Below the pieces are notes generated by a model. That model searched no databases. It saw only the letters and a program-made list of their open reading frames with translations, and was not told the DNA's origin. Positions 13,377 through 27,599 of a stretch of DNA of 64,000 nucleotides are shown here, in pieces; the stretch's first letter is position 1, and every line of letters starts with the position of its first letter. The DNA is from Camelus ferus (taxonomy: Eukaryota). The position numbers and the translations under genes are program-made. The stretch covers positions 54,376,001 to 54,440,000 of the forward strand of contig NC_045697.1 in NCBI RefSeq assembly GCF_009834535.1, read 5' to 3'.

Positions 13377-16300
13377 TCACCAAAAACAAATCACTTGATC
13401 TCACAGAGCCTTAGTTTCTTCGACTTTAAAAAAGGGGTTATAGTTCATATATTCATAGTGTTTTCTTCTGGGAAAAAATGAACACATGCATAAATAAAGC
13501 TCTTAGCACAGTGCCTGGCATAGGGCAAACACTCAATAGATAGTAACCAAGACAGATTTTCTTCTCTATATACACTTTGCAAAAGAATATTTTTTCAGCC
13601 ATCATGATTATTCTGATAATTCTATGCTTTGTTCACCGTACAACCAACTGAACCTTAGGGAACATTTCTGTGTGCTTTTCATGTTTGGATTCAGAACAGG
13701 GAAATAGCTCATTTTGAAGAGTTTTTTTTTATAAGCTTCAAGGATGAAATAAATCAATGCCAGTTGAACAAAGAGATAAAAATTATTACTTTTGTAGAAA
13801 TACAAGTTAATCAACCAAAGCATCCATTAACATTTCAGCATGTAATAATTACACCTATTTCAGGAAAGTTGTTTTATATAATTCTTAGTTATAATGCTAA
13901 ATCATTACCAGGAAAATTTTTAAATCATCTATTACTGGCTTTATTTATTTATTGAGTAAATATGAACAACAATGCTATGGCCAGAAAATTTTAATAAAAT
14001 TTTAGCTTATTAGTTATTATTGTATATTCTAATATTAAGTTCATTTTCTTTTTCTGTGCACATATCAAATGATACTGGAGTGAGTATCTAAAAAGGGTTG
14101 TTTGATGATTTTTAAAAAGTTTGCCATGGATCATCACAACTAATAAAGCAAAACCTCACAGGTTTCCACTTAGAATTTGTGTTCTCTATAACTGCCATGC
14201 ATGTTAAGTTACTTACCCCAAATCAGTAGCAAAATTAGCAATAGTAAATGGTTTACTAGTTTCTGGTCTACATCAAATGAATGAAAATGCATTATTCATT
14301 GGACAGTGGACATTTGGAAGGCTTTAGAGTTGGAAAAGACCTTCAAGATCTCTGGTCTGGTTGCCTCGCAGGTAAAGAAGATTCAGTGAAGTAAAGTGAT
14401 TTGTCCTAACCCATAAAATAAATAATGGGCATACCCAAGACTTGAACCCATGTCTTTTGATTCTAAGTGTACTGTGCATTCTCTACATTATTTTATGAAT
14501 CACTTTAGAATTGAGAGCTGCACTAAAAATCTGCTTAAGCTGCAGATTAAAGTTCCTAGTGAAAAAAAAAATCTGCTTTCTTTTTCCAAACTTATAGTCA
14601 ATTATTTCAAATCTGAATCTTTTAAACTCTGTCCTCAGTTTTAACATTAATGAAGAAAGGATTTAAATCCATATCTAATTTAAAGAATCATTGAGAGGAG
14701 TTAAAATCAAATATTATGAAATATCAATTTTAATAAACAATTATGAAGTATTTGTACAAACACTTTGCTAGGCACTATGGGTAATTCAAAGAGAAAAAGT
14801 CTGGACAGCCTCACGTAAATCAATGAAGTTAGAACACTCCCTCACAGCATACTCAAATTTTTCTTTTCTATTACTGATGAGTTGCATATAACTCTTTCTT
14901 TCCTGCATAAAATTGCTGAAAGTACAATATACTAAATGCCAATTTTAATGTTTTCTTCCCCTTTAATTTATTTCTGTTTCAATGATAAAATATGCTTTAA
15001 AAAGCTTTTATTAAAGCTCATAATGTGAGAAAAAATCAATAAGGGATTAGATAAGGCATTAAACATATTAATAGCTCTTTTTTTAAGAAGAAAAAAATAT
15101 CTTTCCCAAGTCTGTCAACTCAGGCTACAAAGAAAATTAAAGATTTCAGGAATTTCTCCCAAAACAGTTTTTCTATTCTTTGTATCCTTTACATCCTTTG
15201 TCTCCTAAGTAGAATTTCCAGAGAAATACACAGGAGTCCTAGGGTGTACTGAGTAAGAAAAAAATAGTTGTGGTTTGTCTTTAATGACAGCTTACATGTT
15301 CAACCTCAAAACCATGTAATTGTCATGGATTTACTCATAAGTAATGCATAAAATAAGTCTATAAATTGTCATGGTTGTAACTGGATCTATTTACCACTTC
15401 CTGAATATTTTTATTTTTCTGTATTTTTTCAAAAATATATAGTTCCTAGAAGAATTTTTTACTGTAAAAAAGATACATTTAAAACAAGCAACTTGAAATA
15501 AGTTCTAGAGAAAAAAATTAATTTGTTCAGAATGAACACATGAATATTACCAGGTGTTGGTTACTTTGCATCAAAAACTACTGTATGCAAATTGGCAAGG
15601 GACTCTGACGCTAAGGAATTACTTGAGAAGAGGGAGATACGAATGAAAGCTTCTTGGAGAAGCTGCCTCTTAAGATGAGTCATAAAGACAGCAATGGCCG
15701 TGAACTAAAAGAAATCCACAAAGAAATTCTCTTCTGGTTGCAACATCAGAGCTGTACCATAAAAAGGCAGACTTCACAAGGTGTCTAGGTACCTGAGAGA
15801 GTCAAACTAGAAGCTTTCCAAACTGAAAGTGCTAATCCTAAATAGTAACTTCCTGTTCAACATGTGTCCTCAAAAGGGCCCCTTAGAAACACAAGGATGG
15901 CATTTCAAAGGCATTACGACACGTTATCACTTACTTACATTATCCACTGCTCACTACATCAACGTAACTGTCTAAAGATACTCCTCTGTACATGTCCTCT
16001 ATTCATTATAGTAATATTTTATACTGCTTCCAAAGATTAAAATCAACAATGGCTAAGTCATTGGAGAAGCATATATAATATCCAAATAAAAATAGATATT
16101 TCTGATTTTACATACATCCTAAAAGAAGCATAGTTCTACCTTTAAAACTACACCCTGCATATATGCCTGCTTATTAATTAATTGTTTAATTAATTTGTAA
16201 ATATTTAACTATTTAAATCTTAATAAAATATTTTTAAAATTTATCTTCAGAGTGAAAATGGCAAACATATTGAAGATCTGTACTGTGAAAAACTAATCTA

Positions 16301-19300
16301 CATCACTCTGAGGAATGACAAATGATATGTAATACTTAATCACAGAGATAATTTTCAGCCTACCAGAAATATAAAGAAAAGGATTTATTAAGGTTAAATA
16401 TGCAACCAAGTGACTAATCAAAACCTCAATGAGTGAAGGATTCAGATTTTGTTCAGGTCCATTCTCTGTTTCTTTTCCTTTTAATGTAGATCAGTCATAT
16501 TAATGTTCCATGGTACCTTTTTTTGATGAAAATAGTATAAATGAACTTACATGGTGAAAGATGATCATTTCTGTGTCGTAAAACAATTTTATAGTGGTTA
16601 TGTTGCTCAGTAAATCCATGTGTGTTTAGTTTTAAGGTTTACAGAAATCTACCACATAAACATTTTAAAATATCCCATTAAACACATTTCACAAGAGAAT
16701 TCAGCTGATCTCTTCTAAGTGTGTAGTGCTAGAATCCTAGGAAAACTATCTGAAAAATAGGATTAATTAACTAATTTATCAGTTGGATTTAGGTAAAGTA
16801 ATAAATTCACGTAAGTGGAGTTATAACCCATGGTCTATGTAAAATTTAAGTTATAAATGTACCTACTGCTACTGTAAAATTCTTCCTTATACTTTACAAT
16901 CATACAGCTTAGTTTTCATTATTACTATGTTTCAGGCTTCTTTTTTTAAGAAATGAAATGTTCACTGGACAGTAGACTTTTAGGGAGCCCTCATTCTTAC
17001 CAGTACTCCCAAACTTAAATTTCTTAATTCCTAACCTCAGAAAGACACCAAATAGGAAACAATGGTCATGGATTTGCAATACTACAGATTATAAAGTACA
17101 TATGGAGAGCATCTATGCATCTTTTCTAATCTGATATTCAGTAGTGAGTGAATTAAGCTTATTTTGCTCCAGTAAAATTAATTTCTTGACTCTTTCCCAA
17201 AAGATGTTTGTCATCAACTATTCCTATTCCTCCCTACTCTTTTCTAGGTGACTTTCCTTGGTGCATCCAATTTTTTATGCATACATCTGCCATAGCACTT
17301 ATCACTTAATATTGAGTTATCTACTTAATTGTACATCTCTTCCACCACACTTCAGGTTCATCAAGGGCAGGGTCCATGTCTTTTCTTCTTTGATTCCCAG
17401 CCCAAAGGAGAAAAACCAATGCTAACACTTGCTGAGCTATTTTTTAAAACTGCTTTATCATATTATTCTTTGATGGGAATCTCCTTCTTGGCAGGGGCAG
17501 TGCCTTTTTTGTGTGTCTATGTGTCACTTCCTTTATGTGGTACATTGTAAACGGAGTACCTCAGGTTACATTGTTGACTCCCTGATTCAGAGGTAAATCC
17601 ATAGGCGTTCCAGCCTTTGAGTGTGAGCCAAGAGATTTAAAAGGAAAGAAACAGCCACAGCAGTGACTCAGTAGAAAAAAAGTATCAGCTTGTCATTTCT
17701 CCATTCATTGTACCTGTCTTCCACCTATCCATAGATAGTTATTATATTAAGCTCTGAAATAATACAACTATTAAAAGTTTTAACTTACTTTACAGTCAGA
17801 AACATTTCTTTTAGCAAGTCATGCATCAATAAAGAGAATCTCAAAGAAGAAAGTTTTGTGAACAAAGTAGCGTTTCTAAATAATTAGTTCTTAAGATATA
17901 GGAATTAACATTTTTCCAATTGAGTTACAGGAGTTGAATTATTTCCCAAAATCTTAATATGGTTTTATATAATTTACCCACCACACGAAGCTCAAAATCA
18001 AACTCCACTGGTATTAGGTCAAATAAAAATTACCCTCTGCAAGGCAGCCATAAAAGGATTAGATGGACATACACCATCTGTTTAAGTAGGTGTGCCTCAT
18101 ATTTACTCATAGTCCATCTGACTGCTGAATTGCTCCTGCTTTTTTGTTCAGACAGGTTGACTTCCCAGTAAAGAATTATTTTGTCTCCCTGATTTGTTGT
18201 GCAACTTAATATAAGAATGTTTAATTGAAAATGACATATATAACTGGATACTCCCTCCTGGACTTACAGAAATCCAAGAGCATGATAAAAACAAACCTAC
18301 ATTGGCATTTATAGTATTTAATTTGTAGAGCAAGTGGTGATTTCTTTTTGAAGAGAAACTTAAGTAGAAATTGTTAGTGGATTTACAGTTCTCTGCATCT
18401 GAAACTTGGAACATAATTGTAATCACTTATTCACTCTCTCCTCACACACTTTGCACATGCATTAAACAGGTTTACAATTCTGCAGGGATGTGGAGCCCAT
18501 AGCAAAATTATCTGGAGTAAATCTCTATAATTTTCTCTAGATGTCTAGGAATGAGTAGACAATGTTAAAGTCTGCCTTGTTACTAAAAATTTTTTTTTTT
18601 TATCTAAAATGAATGGGAAATGGAATGTCATGTTTAATTGAATGTTCTGAATAATTGAAACTTACTACACAAAATGTACTGATTTTTAAATGATCAAAAT
18701 ACAGCAAAATGCACACAACACCAAAAAAAATGCACTAAGTATAATAGTGTACATACTCTTTCCAAATTACTAATTATTTGTTTTGGTATATCACTGTTTC
18801 AGTGTCTTAGCCTGTTTCCTCAAAAAGCAGAGCCAGAGCCAGAGACTTGCATGCAGTAGTTGATTTGAGAAAGAGTTAAGGACAGAAAGTAAAACAGGGA
18901 GAGGAAGTTGGCCGTCACTAGCTGCAACTCTAGCTCCTTCCCACAGGACCTTATGAATTATAGTTTGGAACCGTATTCCCCTGTGACTAAACAGGGAAGC
19001 GTCGGTCTATCGCCTCCTATCCTGCATTGGCTCCAATAGAGTTAACTCCCACATTTCCTATTGTCCATCTCAGAATGTCCAGTGGGTTCCTTCTGGCAGA
19101 AAGTGAGAAGTCTTAGGTGATGACATGAGAAGGGCATTTGTCAAGTTTCTCCTGAGTACAGCAGATCCAAATCTGAGTGCCATTGGTCACCACACTGTGG
19201 CTGGAATAAGAGGGACTAAGAGTACTTATAGTGGCACATAAAAGATGTCAAACACATTTGGTATCTGGTGATTTGGGTTTAAGATATTGTGAAAGATCCC

Positions 19301-19576
19301 CATTTTTCGAATATTTCAGTACTTTCTAGGACCCAAGACCTCTTTTTCAAATAACCTGTAATGGGGAACTTGAGAGTCTTTTTAGAAACAGAATAATGAA
19401 TACTAAGATTATATTACCCTCTATACTAATCTCTGAACATAGAAATTACATAGTCAAGATTGATAAAATAATTATGCCTACAGAACAATGTGTTTCCCAA
19501 AACAAAATAATTAATATTAAAACTATATGTATTCATAAATGTAAATATTTCCATTTTCTTCTCCTTTGACTCTTAG

Positions 19577-19615
19577 ACATTGCAATGCCGACAGCAGAAA
19601 ATCTTCTCCATACCT
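19577..19615 (+). CDS. TMPRSS11C: TMPRSS11C-like 39-nt mini-exon (probable exon 6), DIAMPTAENLLHT(C)
   Basis: ctcctttgactcttag|AC ... CCT|gtaagt; phase 1->1; bridges the SEA exon to the CCGRR pro-region. Confidence 0.88.
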
Positions 19616-21699
19616 GTAAGTTCATGACAGTTATTTTCTGGTAAAACTTATTTCCTTGGATGGCAAAAAAAAAACTTCACTTGAGAGTCAATGTGTGTAT
19701 CTATAAAGTTGTAATAGAAACTTGTATTAAGGTGACTGTAAACGGTCTTAAATTGGTTGATCTCATGGATTTAAAATGAGGAACATATTATCACAGGCCA
19801 TACTAGCAGAGGGGCTCCAAGGACAAGCAGTGATAATTAAGAACTTAAAATCTAATACTAGCTACACATCAGTTTTGAGCCCCAGATCTGCCACTTACTA
19901 ACTGGGAGAATTTACACAGGTTATTTAACTTCTCAAACCTTCAGTTCCAAGTTGTGATGATAAAAGAAGGTACAAGTAAAATACTTAAAAGAGTATAGGG
20001 CTCATAAGAAGCCCTCGAAGGTTGTCAGCTGTTTGCATTTTCTACTCTGCTTATGAAAACTTTAGGTCTAGGAACTCACTGTGGAATTCTGATCCTAGAA
20101 GCCAAGTTTTATGTGCTGAGAAATCAGTTGTCTTACATGCAAGCAGCTCCCTGCTGGCCAAGGCATTCTGCTTCTCTTTTCGCACTAGCCGCTCTGGGAA
20201 ATGTGATCCCCAAGGTTGCTACAACCTAGAGCACACTGTCAGGAGAAGCACTCGTATCTGGGGACTGAGGTTGATTGGAGCAACTGGATTAGAGGACTCG
20301 CCCTCCTGAGCCGGGTGACACTGACCCTGATGGCTTTTACCATCCTTCAGTCTCATCATAATTATTTCTGAGCAAACTGGGCAAAACTGAAACACAAATC
20401 TGTTTTAGATTGTCTTTCTCTGTGATATATTTTGACTGAACAAACCTCAAGCAACTTACTAAGAGATTTTAAAGTCAGTTATTCTGACTTTAATCAATCA
20501 AAAACTTTAGTAATGATACACTCAAAATCCACAACTAAGGATTTGTCAGGTTGGTAGAAGAGAGGTAGTCAACACAGGAATAAAAGCAGTGGTAAGAAAG
20601 AGATCGGCCAATTTGTCCATCCCCCAGCTTAAACACTAAACAACCATCCAGACCAGTATCTTGAATTTGACTTGGTTTAGCTGAGATTTTAATTGTACTT
20701 TAAATAAAAAGGGAGAAGGGATAGGTAACCAAGAAAAAACAAACAGGGTTGAAGAGAGAATAGAGTTTGGCATGTGATATAAAGTGTATTTAAGTGCAGT
20801 AATAGGTGATGGAATAGATGTTAGAAGGGTAGGGACGGTGAAGAGCTTGGTAAATTGTCTGATGATTCTGAAAGTATCACCCAACATGTCCTCATTACGT
20901 ACCTCAAGTCCTTGAAATTTACCTGATGACCTCTTTTGGAGTAACAAAAGCTATAAGGTGCCAGGTAAGATTTCAGCAGAGGTAATAACAAGGTAGCACT
21001 GCAGAGGTACTGAGAGCTTAACAGACACAACAGTCATGAGTAAATGAAAACTCAGAATGAAAATTGGTTGAATAGATACAAATTAGATTAAAATCCTGTG
21101 TAAGAGCAAAAACAGGGAAATAGAGTCACCCAGGGGAGGTTCTCCTAGACCAAAGAGAAGCATCTTTGTTTTCATCTTCCTCTGAAGGAAGTTGAGCCAA
21201 AGCCAACTTCCTTTAGGAGTTGTCCAAACTGAAGGGAGGATTGGGAGGAACCCTTATACCTTTAGGTTCTGCATTGTTTGCTTTATCCTCTGTAGCTTCC
21301 ATGATAAGGGAGTGGAATGAAAGAGGGAAAGAAAACGGAGTCACAGTCAGTGAGTCAATGTCAGGACTCTTTCATTCAAAAATAGCAACCACAAAGGCTT
21401 TGCTTCAACTAAATGATGTTTATGAAGAGGATGCCTTAGCAACCTGAAGTTTAGGTTTCATCAAAGAGAACAATCCAGAATCGGAAGCAATATACAAACC
21501 TAAGGACTTCAGGGGGTTAGTGGAGGCCTTTTTAAAAGTCTACACATCCCTCCCCTGTGCTTCTAATCTTTTCCACCCTCAGGAAAGAGTATCTCAAGAT
21601 ACATCTTGTCGCATATAATTAACATCTCTGAAACGATTGACTAATCTTTACAATTAAGTTAAATGTTCTCATTCTTGGTACAAATACCTTTCTCTAACT

Positions 21700-21931
21700 C
21701 AGAGTTTCTCAACCTTAACTACTGACATTTTGGGCCACATAATTCGTTGTTTCAGGGACAGTCCCGTGCATTGCAGGATTTTTAGCAGTATTCCTGGCCT
21801 CCACCCATTAGATACCAGTAGCCCAACACTGCCTCTCCCAGTTATAACAACCAAAAATGTCTCCAGATACTGCCAAATTTCTCCTGGGGATAGGAGATGG
21901 TATCCAAAGTTGTCACTGATTGAGAACCATT
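21700..21931. mobile_element. MER20-type hAT-Charlie DNA transposon
   Basis: cagagtttctcaacc...actgacattttgggcc...caaccaaaaatgtctccaga...ttgagaacca; terminal inverted repeat remnants. Confidence 0.8.
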
Positions 21932-22965
21932 ACTTTAATCTACAGCCACTGAATTGATTTTTGCAAGTTTTACTCACTCTCTAAATTCTTAAGAACAAAC
22001 TTCTTACAGAAGAGAGTTTTGCAGTCAAATATCATTTTGACTTTAAGATATCTCATGGATTACACTATAGACTTCATTTCTACAAACAGTTGAGAAATTG
22101 TATGAGCTCCTTTTATGTGATGGGTTCTCTCCAGTAGGTTCTAGAGATACATTTAAAAAAAAAAAAAAAGGTGTGATTCTTGCCCTCTAAAAGTATTTAT
22201 TAATGAGGCTTGTAATCTTTAGCAAAAGGTATCATAAACTGCTAAATGATAAGCTCTTTAATTGGAGTAAGATGAGATAGTCAAGAGAATCAGAGAGAGG
22301 GTCAAACAGATAGAGTAATAGTGAAGTTATACTGTTACTGCAGATTTGCTTCAAAGACTTAAAGAATCTAGCAGTTTCTCTGGATCTAAATTGACACTAA
22401 AGCACAGTCCTGATTCAGAGAAGCATCCAGCTTTGGGGGAGGGTTGGCTATCTTCATGTGTGTTACTCCTTTTATCCAGGTATTGTGTATTGTAACTTGA
22501 ATGCAAACACGTTTCTGTCTACTCTGTCTCTCATCAATATCTTATTCACATGTACATTCACTCACACTTTCTTATGAGTGTTTCATAACAATCATTGCTT
22601 TAAACAAGTGTTCACGAAATTAAAAAGCACGTATTTCCCCATGCAATTTAATAATTTGTTATACAATTATTATCTTTAATATTCAAACACTTAGTTCCAC
22701 CTACCTCTTTCAATAGGTCATAGTGAGGCCATACACACACACAAAGGTGTGTATGTGAGTGATGAGGATGGGGGAGAAAGATGTCAATCAATTTTGAATG
22801 AATTCTCAGGAAATCTCATGTCATCAGTTACTCCTAACTTCTCCAAGACTATGAGTTTTTCCTCAGTTAATAGTGACATGTATTATAAGAAGGTTGTTTA
22901 CTATAGCAATGCATGCATAAGCAATATCAATCTCATTATATGCTAATGAATTCCATTTTGAGCAG

Positions 22966-23137
22966 GTTGTGGACGTCGCACAATAACTTCTTCTGGGAAC
23001 AAGATAGCAGGGGGCATGGATGCTGAGGAAGGGGAATGGCCCTGGCAAGCCAGCCTTCAACAGAACAATGTCCACCGATGTGGAGCCACTCTGATTAGTA
23101 ACAGCTGGCTTGTCACTGCTGCTCACTGTTTCATAAA
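22966..23137 (+). CDS. TMPRSS11C: TMPRSS11C-like exon (probable exon 7): activation site K|IAGG and catalytic His (TAAHC)
   Basis: ttttgagcag|GT ... AA|gtaagc; 172 nt, phase 1->2; [57 protein letters not shown]. Confidence 0.96.
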
Positions 23138-23311
23138 GTAAGCTCTGGACCACATAAAGACCTCAAATTCAATTACCTAAAAATCTGATACATATCTTTC
23201 AAGAATATGGCCACACAGCTACACTTCCAACTGCTCAATATTGAGAGGTATAGCTCGAAATTACTCAATAAAGTATCATTAAAAAAAAAAACAGATATAT
23301 TCAGGCTAGAG

Positions 23312-23561
23312 CCAGGTTGTCAACAGTGTCACCACTGACATTTTGGATCAAATGATTCTTTGTTGTGGGGATTATTATTATTATCCAATTATTTGTTAGA
23401 TCAAGTAATTCTATCCTGTGTATTGTAGTATATTTAGAAGCATCCCTGGCCTTTATCCAGCAGATGTCACTAGCATCCCCTCAAGACTGATAACCAAAAA
23501 TATCTCCAGACATTAGCAAATGTCTCCTGGAGGACAAAACAGCCCTCAGCTGAGAATCACT
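23312..23561. mobile_element. MER20-type hAT-Charlie DNA transposon (second copy, same orientation)
   Basis: actgacattttgga...catccctggcc...aaccaaaaatatctccagacatt...tgagaatcact. Confidence 0.75.
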
Positions 23562-24360
23562 AAGCTAAATCTACTTAATTCAGCTTTATAAGGAAACTGT
23601 AAATCCCAACCTGAACATGGGTCTTCTGTTTCTTTCTCATCATTATTACATTTGGCCTTATTTCTTTAATCATTAAGTATTTCAGTTCATCTTGCCTTCT
23701 CCCATATATGTTATAGCTCCATTTGAAACGATTTTTTCTTTAAAGGATATATTATTACACCAAAGTTTGCTTTTTTTGTACCCAAATGGTTTTTACCCTT
23801 CTGTTTGATTGTTCATTTCACTCATTTCTCTTGGTTTTATGTATCACAGTGGTTTTACATGAAGACAAAAATCCCTCTCACCCTTGAGAATTTGAAAATG
23901 CTCCTGCAGCACTTATTTTTCAGTGCCTAATGTACATGCCTTGATTAACAAGTAATAGTAAAAGTCAGAAATGTCTTTCTATTTATAGTTTTTAATGATT
24001 ATAAAAGAGGATTTAGACTGTTCCCTTTATTTCCATAATTTTACTCTGTCCCAAGTCCTTGCCCACTTTTTATTTAACCTAATTATTTTGTGTTGTTATA
24101 TTTATCTTTCTAAACCCTTTTCTTTTCTGTACAAAAAGGAATAAAATGTGGTCTCCATGGGTTATCTTTTAAAATAGAGTTTTCAGAGTCTATTCATGTA
24201 TTCCTCATTTTTATTTTTTCTTACATATAGCCATACTGTTGTATGCTTATATTCACTATGGGAATTCAAAACATATCTATTTCTTTAAAAAAAGTATAAG
24301 ATACTAATTCCTACAACTCCAACATACAAGCCTTTTAATAAATAAACCTATTTTCTTTAG

Positions 24361-24620
24361 GGCCAGGGATCCCAAAGAATGGAATGTTAGTTTTGGGCTT
24401 CTTCTAAGTCATCCACACACCCAGCAAAGTGTCAAGGATATTATAATTCATGAAAACTACCACTACCCAACACACGATAATGACATTGCTCTTGTGCATC
24501 TGTCTTCACCAGTATTATATACAAGCAACATCCGAAGAGCATGTCTTCCAGAAACTACTTATTCATTCCCACCCAATTCAGATGTGGTCGTCACTGGATG
24601 GGGAACATTACAATCTGATG
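24361..24620 (+). CDS. TMPRSS11C: TMPRSS11C-like exon (probable exon 8): catalytic Asp (HDNDIAL) and VTGWG motif
   Basis: ttttctttag|G ... GATG|gttagt; 260 nt, phase 2->1; open frame ARDPKEWNVSFG...DVVVTGWGTLQSD. Confidence 0.96.
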
Positions 24621-25650
24621 GTTAGTTCCTAAACTTCCTCTGTTATATAGTTTGAGTTTTAGGAGTTAAAAAAAAAAGAATCACAGCTAAGTTTGAGAAA
24701 TACTCTTTCTGGGTCATTTTAAAAGAAATAATGTGCGGTGGATTGAAAAGCATCTTCAACAGCATTCATACAGAAACTATAATTTCATTGAGCTATTTAC
24801 CTTAATTTCCCTTAATGATGGCAATTTTTACATAAATGCATTATTTGAATAAGTAATTCCTTTTCCTCCATTTCATTCATTCATTTACTCATTCAATAAA
24901 CATTTATTTTGATTACCACCTTTGTTCCATGTACTGTCCTAGGTCATTTAAATATATTAATGAATAAAATAGGCAAATTTTCCTCCCCTTATAAAGCTGA
25001 CATTCTTAGCAAAGAAAGACAGACAATATTCATGAAATATAATAACTAAGAGGATTACACCACATATTTTATGCAGATCAATACCATAAGAAAAATAAGG
25101 ACTGCAGGGAATTGGACATTTTGGATGGGGTGAAATAAGTAGCCCTCTGTGACAGAGCAATGCTTGAGCAAAGACCACTTAAACATATACATCCCCATGA
25201 CCCTAATAATGTAAGATTTAGTGGCTATTTAGGTTCATCAGTACATTTGAAAGCAGAAAAAAACACCTAAAATTAATTCCACAATTCAGAACAGTAACAA
25301 ACAGCAGAAAATCTAAAAATGATCATAAAATGTATATTTCTGGAATATGAATTTTTCTTTTTTTCCTAAGGCATACATGTAATAAATATAAACTTCCAAA
25401 ACAATTCAAAAGAAAAAAAAATCCCACCTTATCTGGATGAACATACTAACTATTTCTAAATAAGGTCATTTTTAACAATAGCTAGATGTGTTCGTAACAC
25501 CTTTATTACTCAGAAAGGAGACAAAAGCAAGCTTAATTAAAACATATTTTTTATATTGGTTTGGAAATTGTACATAGTATCGGATACTAATAACCTAGCT
25601 AGAGAGATTACTATTGGCATTAGAAAAATTACATAATTTTCTTCTTTTAG

Positions 25651-25793
25651 GAGCGAGTCCTAATATACTCCAGAAAGGATTAGTGAAGATTATAGATAAT
25701 AAGACCTGCAACAGTAAAGCAGTATATGGTGGTGCAGTCACACCTGGAATGTTGTGTGCTGGGTTCCTGGAGGGGAGTGTGGATGCCTGCCAG
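25651..25793 (+). CDS. TMPRSS11C: TMPRSS11C-like exon (probable exon 9): MLCAG and S1-pocket Asp (DACQ)
   Basis: cttcttttag|GA ... CAG|gtaaat; 143 nt, phase 1->0; lies inside ORF 25614..25961. Confidence 0.96.
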
Positions 25794-26189
25794 GTAAATC
25801 TGCCTATTCCATTTTCAGACGGAGCTTTTTATGTGGTTTTTAATTTCCAATTAACCTGTTCAGTTGTTTCACTGACAATTTTTAAAGGCTTAATTATGTT
25901 TTATAGCCAGAGTAGCTGGTTACAATTATATTGCTATCTGATAGGTCTCATTATAGTATGAAAGGGCTAAACCACCCTTACTGTTACAAGAAGCTGTGAG
26001 TGAGGGTGAGGATAAGACTCAATTTGGAATAAGCAATAAAGAGATGAAATAAAATATTGGTGAATTTAATTTGACTCACCCTCTTTCACAGGAAAACTCT
26101 CAACTGAGTCTAACACCAAACCTAATGATCATGGAGCTTTCTTAATTTAGACTGATTCCAATATCCCAAGTATTTTATTTATTTGAAAA

Positions 26190-26440
26190 CACTTATATAG
26201 CATCTTCATGTGCCAGGCACTGTTTTAAGCTCTTTATGAATAATAATTTATTCAAGTTATGATAACCTTGTGATGTATGTTTATACTATTATAAACCCTA
26301 TTTCTCATGTGAAGAGACTGAGACAAAGAGATCAAGTGGTTTGTCTAAGCTAACACAGACGTTAAGTGGCAGAACTGAGATTTAAATTCAGGAAACTAGA
26401 CTCCACAGCCTGTATTCTCAAGGCTACACTGAGTTGCCTC
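26190..26440. mobile_element. MIR SINE fragment
   Basis: tgtgccaggcactgttttaagc...gagactgagac...aagtggcagaactgagatttaaa. Confidence 0.7.
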
Positions 26441-27599
26441 TCCATATGCTAATATGCTTCAAATACCTCTGATCCCATTCATAAGCAATAGTCCTAGAAC
26501 TAACAAAAATACTACTGTGCTTATCTAGGCACACAGAATTAGTGATAAATCCAGGAGGAGGCTTATTTTATTCATTCAATTTAATTTATTCGTTATTCTT
26601 ACACTCTGGGAGCTAGAAGATGTGCAAACAAGTACTTACAATACATAATCATCATCTCTCATTACAGATTCCCATCTTCCCAACTGTCCCACTAAACCTA
26701 TTCTTCAAAGTCATGACAAATTTCAATTTTTGTCCCTCTCAGTTTTCTCTGTCATCCACAATCCTATGACTCTCTTGTAATCTTGTGCAGCCTAGAACCC
26801 ATGCTTTATTATTTCAGCCACTACTGACAGCACCCTCAGTGATTTCACCATCTTCTGCTTTCCCTACACCCATTCTAATCTCCAAACACAGGGCAACTAT
26901 CTACTTTATTTGCTTTTATATGCAATTTCCTGAGCACAACTAGAAGCAATCTTGCAACCTTATAAATATAAAGCTTTATGTCACATAGTTACAGCTGGGT
27001 CCTTAACACACTATAGAATTCTTTAATGCATCTTTTTATGGTGCCATATCAAACTTTTAGTATATTCATTGAATATAACCCACCATGCCCTTATATACCC
27101 TAACAAATGACATTTCCTCCCACTAACAAGAAAAAAAATGAAAGCAACTGCTCCTTTAATTTCTTTTCATCCTGAGAGATTTGTATTTTGCTTATCCTTA
27201 ACCATATTAGCTCAGGATGAACAAGTTTCTTCAACAATTCAAAGCTAATCTTTTGCCTATTCCTTATCCACTGTTTTCATCTACACAGGTATTTGAACTT
27301 TTCATTAATTTTGAACTTTATTCCATATTTTCCAAACTTCCACTATAATGGACTCTTCTACATAGTCTGCAAACATTATTAGTTCTCTCCCTTGAAAATA
27401 TCCTGTTCTGTGTTTCTTTTTCCCTTCTTGGTCAAATCTTTAAGGATAGTTTACCACCATTGTTCCACATTCTCAAACTTATTCACTCTCTGACCCACTA
27501 CTTGCAGACTTTTGCCTTACTAGTCCACTGAAAGTACTCTAGCTAGGATTACTAATGATTTTCTAATTGTCAAATTCAATAGATGCAGAGTAGTAAATG

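Noticed and set aside
9415..19250. LTR-like segments at ~9415-9660, ~12505-12830 and ~18800-19250
   Set aside because: They look repeat-derived, but I cannot assign family or boundaries reliably without a Dfam search.
22960..22965. GAGCAG tandem (NAGNAG) acceptor that would change Cys-Cys to Ser-Gly-Cys
   Set aside because: GAG is a very poor acceptor; the CAG site gives the family-typical CCG.
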